Source of the DNA: an uncultured Bacilli bacterium
GTDB taxonomy: Bacteria > Bacillota_I > Bacilli_A > RF39 > UBA660
Reading direction: 5' to 3'
NCBI GenBank assembly: GCA_934177545.1
Contig: CAKPPI010000001.1
Span: forward strand, 4,255 to 68,254
Length of the DNA: 64,000 bases
Made by a program: the position numbers and the translations under genes. The notes beneath the pieces are model-generated. The model saw nothing but the letters and a program-made list of their open reading frames with translations, was not told the origin of the DNA and searched no databases. Positions 61,061-64,000 of the stretch are shown here, one piece after another; within the stretch, counting starts at the first letter, position 1, and each line of letters starts with the position of its first letter.

Positions 61061-62373
61061 GTGAAATGATGCTTTCTACAGTAGCAGAAGCACTACAAAG
61101 CAATGGACTAGGAGCAAATGGAGTATTTGATACAAGTGACCCAGAGCAGACATTTGTTACTGGAACAGGTCCTGATAACTATATTTGGTATAGTGGAAAA
61201 CTATGGAGAGCAGTATCAATAGATTCAACTGATAACTCTGTAAAATTAGTAACACAGTGGAATATATCAGCCTTACCATATAATGAAGAAAATAATTCTG
61301 AATTTAAAGGAAGCTATATGGAGCAGTGGTTGAATGATACTTCAGTAGATGGTTTCTTAGGAAACCTAAGAGAACCAGATAAATTTATTAAAACAGATAG
61401 TGTTTGGAATGCTACTATGACTAAGGAAACTACAAAGCCAGAGAAGACTACCATGGTAACAGATACTGTAGGTTTACTAAATTTTTATGAGTATACAATG
61501 AGTTACAAAAATGCTAAAGCTGAAACTGGCTATTTAAATAATGGTTTAGAGTGGTGGACGTTGACACCTTATAGTACGTCGAACGTCCGTTACGTCGAGG
61601 GCCGCGGTTACAGCAGCAGCTATAGTCCGGCGCATTCGGATGGCTCTCGCCCATCTATAAATCTAAAATCTGCTGTAAAAATTATAGACGGTGATGGAAC
61701 CAGTAATAATCCGTACAGGCTTCAAGGCGATAATGATAATCCAACAGGAGCATTGTTATCAACAAGATATAGTGGTGAATATATAAGTTTTGGAACCGGC
61801 GAAAATGATCTGTATCGAATAGTAAGCCATGAAAATGGAACTGGTACTAAAATAACAAGTGCTATACCTATAAAATATAGTGGTAGTTATAAAGAGCTTG
61901 CTTTTGGAAGTAATACAACATTTTCTAAAGATAATACAATAGGAACGTTCTTAAATAGTGATTATTTGACAAATGGTACCTATCTAACTAGTGACCAAGT
62001 AAGTATGATAGAAGATAATACAACATGGTATTTGGGAACTGTAGGATATGCTAGTTATAAATTAGCAAAATATCAAGATGCAACAGGTAGCAATCTAACA
62101 ACATCAACTACTACTGCTCAAATAGGACTACTAAGAGTAGGTGAATTAATGGCAGGACAATTTGACAAATATAATAATAATGTTAGTTATTGGACATTAA
62201 CACCTTATAGTACCTCGTACATCCGTGGCGTCAGCTACACCGGTGTCAACGGCGGCTTTCATCCGGCGAATTCGTACGGCTCTCGCCCATCTATGAATCT
62301 AAAATCTAATGTGATAATAACTGGTGGAAAAGGTACGGCTCGGGAACCATTCACTATAAAGTTAGGTAGCTAA
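60460..62373 (+). CDS. secreted or surface protein paralog with a distinct C-terminal region that carries two GC-rich motif repeats
   Basis: The N-terminal ~200 aa are near-identical to the 16354 protein. The C-terminus contains the motifs WWTLTPYSTSNVRYVEGRGYSSSYSPAHSDGSRPSINLKS and YWTLTPYSTSYIRGVSYTGVNGGFHPANSYGSRPSMNLKS. Confidence 0.75.
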   Translation: MNNKKQLLLSIGLVLILVLMIVGISYAAFKFTGTGQKANTITTGAITMKYTESTNTISMNNALPTTDATGKVRLTAGEYFDFTLSGTIKGSENINWEIAAEDVTTASRKIDGKYIKLYLTSLDDTGNEKEVMVPKVYKTESTENTYTGRPANMMSLAKGTTSTSFSTKYRLRMYVDESYNPQGDGGNLAFSIKINAYGKTGEMMLSTVAEALQSNGLGANGVFDTSDPEQTFVTGTGPDNYIWYSGKLWRAVSIDSTDNSVKLVTQWNISALPYNEENNSEFKGSYMEQWLNDTSVDGFLGNLREPDKFIKTDSVWNATMTKETTKPEKTTMVTDTVGLLNFYEYTMSYKNAKAETGYLNNGLEWWTLTPYSTSNVRYVEGRGYSSSYSPAHSDGSRPSINLKSAVKIIDGDGTSNNPYRLQGDNDNPTGALLSTRYSGEYISFGTGENDLYRIVSHENGTGTKITSAIPIKYSGSYKELAFGSNTTFSKDNTIGTFLNSDYLTNGTYLTSDQVSMIEDNTTWYLGTVGYASYKLAKYQDATGSNLTTSTTTAQIGLLRVGELMAGQFDKYNNNVSYWTLTPYSTSYIRGVSYTGVNGGFHPANSYGSRPSMNLKSNVIITGGKGTAREPFTIKLGS

Positions 62374-62474
62374 ATAATTGATAGAGAAAAGCTTAAAAAA
62401 TTATAGCTTTTTTCTTTTGTGCTTTAAAGTTGTGTGGTATACTTATCTTATGATAGGAGGATAGGAAAAAGACA

Positions 62475-64000
62475 ATGAATATTAGAAAAATTAGTACTAA
62501 GAATTTAGTACGAATACTAGTAGTTTTAATTATTTTAATAGGTGGAATCTTTGCTAAGAAAACATTAACATCTTATGCTTTATTAGAAAGTAGTGAAGCA
62601 CCTAGTAAATTAGTTACTAGTACAGGTAATGTTATGTCTGATAGAGTAAGTCTTTTTGATGACTTAGATGGGGATGAAATTATTTCATTAGTACCTTTCT
62701 ATGGAATGGATGATAATGGTAATAAATATACTGTATATTGTCTTGAGAAAAGTAAAGACTTTGCTCCAAATCAGACAGTAACTAAAGTTAATACACCACT
62801 TGATGATGGATATACCTATATAATAAAAAATGGTTATCCTAATAAAAGCTTAACAGAAAATAATAAAAATGATAATTATTTAACGCAAATAGCAGTATGG
62901 CTCTATCAAGATAGATCAGCAGGTGTAAGTGATACTACTAATGGAGTGCTTACTGCTAATCAAAAAAGTTCAATTAAGAAAAGTAGTTATTATACTGTAA
63001 TTAATAATTTAGTAACAGGAGCGATGAATGCTAAAAACACTACTAATATTACTAATCCGACCTTTAGTGTAAGTAGTGGAACATTATCTACTGATAGTGA
63101 TAATACTTATCTAATCAGTAATGTCATGAGAATAACTTCTAATACTGATGAGTTTATTAACTATAAAGTAGTCGCTTCTAGTAGTGATATTTTAGCAAGT
63201 GATATAGAAATACTTGATGAAAATAATAATGTAATAACTACTAATAGTGCTATAGCTAAAGATAAAGGCTTTAAAATTAGAGTACCTTTAGCAAAGATAA
63301 AGAAAGCATCTAGTATAAATATTGATATTATCAATAACTATAAAGATTATAAGACCTATGGTTATGAACCACCAGAGGGTATGAAAGATACTATGCAAAA
63401 GTCATTTGTATCCTTGCTAGCTGCTAATGTAACATCTAAACAAATATCTACTAGTCTTAATATGCCAGTAGGAAGTATTACTATTAATAAAATAGATAGT
63501 ACTAATAATAACTTAGCTGGAGCTAATTTTACTATTAAGAGATTAGCAACTAATGAAATAGTAGATAGTTTTACTACAACAACTACAGCACATGTAACAT
63601 CTAACTTGTTACCAGGTAATTATGAAATTACCGAAACAGCTGCTCCTAGTGGTTATTATATAACAGATAAGACAACTAATATAACAATAACAAGTAATGC
63701 CTTAAATAAAACTAAAACAATAACTAATAGCCAAGCAGAAGTATCAATTAGAAAGATAGATAGTGTTAGTAAACAAGTAGTAAGTGGGGCAGTTTTGAAA
63801 ATAGTAAATAGTGCTAATCAAACAGTAAAAACTATTACTACTACAAATGACTATACTAAAATAACTGGTCTTTCACTTGGAACTTATAAAGTAGTAGAAG
63901 TAACTGCTCCTGATGGTTATACCGTAAATACTACGGCTAAAGAATTTACTTTAAGTAGTACTAATCCAAAGGTAACTCTAGATTATGCTGATCAACAAAA
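62475..64000 (+). CDS. thioester-domain (TED) adhesin with CnaB/SpaA-type isopeptide domains; the 3' end lies outside the window
   Basis: Signal or TM segment at the N-terminus. Cys in YCLEKSKDF plus TQIAVWLY (the TQxxxW thioester motif). Repeated prealbumin-like domains (ITINKIDSTNNNLAGANFTI...LLPGNYEITETAAPSGY). No stop before position 64000. Confidence 0.65.
   Translation, partial: MNIRKISTKNLVRILVVLIILIGGIFAKKTLTSYALLESSEAPSKLVTSTGNVMSDRVSLFDDLDGDEIISLVPFYGMDDNGNKYTVYCLEKSKDFAPNQTVTKVNTPLDDGYTYIIKNGYPNKSLTENNKNDNYLTQIAVWLYQDRSAGVSDTTNGVLTANQKSSIKKSSYYTVINNLVTGAMNAKNTTNITNPTFSVSSGTLSTDSDNTYLISNVMRITSNTDEFINYKVVASSSDILASDIEILDENNNVITTNSAIAKDKGFKIRVPLAKIKKASSINIDIINNYKDYKTYGYEPPEGMKDTMQKSFVSLLAANVTSKQISTSLNMPVGSITINKIDSTNNNLAGANFTIKRLATNEIVDSFTTTTTAHVTSNLLPGNYEITETAAPSGYYITDKTTNITITSNALNKTKTITNSQAEVSIRKIDSVSKQVVSGAVLKIVNSANQTVKTITTTNDYTKITGLSLGTYKVVEVTAPDGYTVNTTAKEFTLSSTNPKVTLDYADQQ

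Noticed and set aside
61570-62292. The possibility that the GC-rich patches with clustered restriction sites (EcoRI, AgeI, BsiWI, SacII) are a synthetic or cloning artefact.
   Set aside because: They are in-frame and encode two copies of a coherent conserved protein motif within an intact ORF. A natural origin, by gene conversion or horizontal acquisition, is more parsimonious. It is kept as a finding and not dismissed, but not called an artefact.

Overview
This is a low-GC (about 28-30%) Firmicutes-type chromosomal window that uses the standard genetic code. There are no obvious transposases, prophage genes or CRISPR arrays. The backbone is housekeeping: a dnaE 3' end, lspA-rluD, a rhomboid protease, proS, a PlsC-like acyltransferase, rnr-thrS, murC, addB-addA, mraY-ftsW, hisS-aspS, uppP, the hrcA-grpE-dnaK-(pepF)-dnaJ heat-shock operon preceded by a CIRCE operator, gatCAB followed by a second aspS, and one tRNA-Arg(TCT). 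Three T-box leaders are recognisable from the conserved GGUGGNACCRYG antiterminator sequence and Stem-I distal-loop motifs. They sit upstream of rnr-thrS, hisS-aspS and gatCAB-aspS2. The rest looks accessory or surface-related. Two paralogous secreted proteins share a duplicated ~0.8 kb 5' region that carries a poly-G tract of 9 versus 8 G in the promoter-proximal DNA. One of the two has a tandem array of 78-bp DUF285-type repeats. The other has two strikingly GC-rich patches encoding a repeated WWTLTPYSTS...GSRPS motif. A thioester-domain/CnaB adhesin is truncated at the window end. A collagen-like (BclA-like) gene is coupled to a GT2-TPR glycosyltransferase. There is a tandem pair of transglutaminase-like cysteine-enzyme paralogs. 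A translationally coupled Pol-beta-type nucleotidyltransferase-like protein and a TrpH-like PHP phosphoesterase sit next to a MerR gene interrupted by an in-frame TAG. Several genes point to metal handling: two ZIP transporters, a ZnuA-like lipoprotein, and Cys/His-rich tails on HisRS and GrpE.
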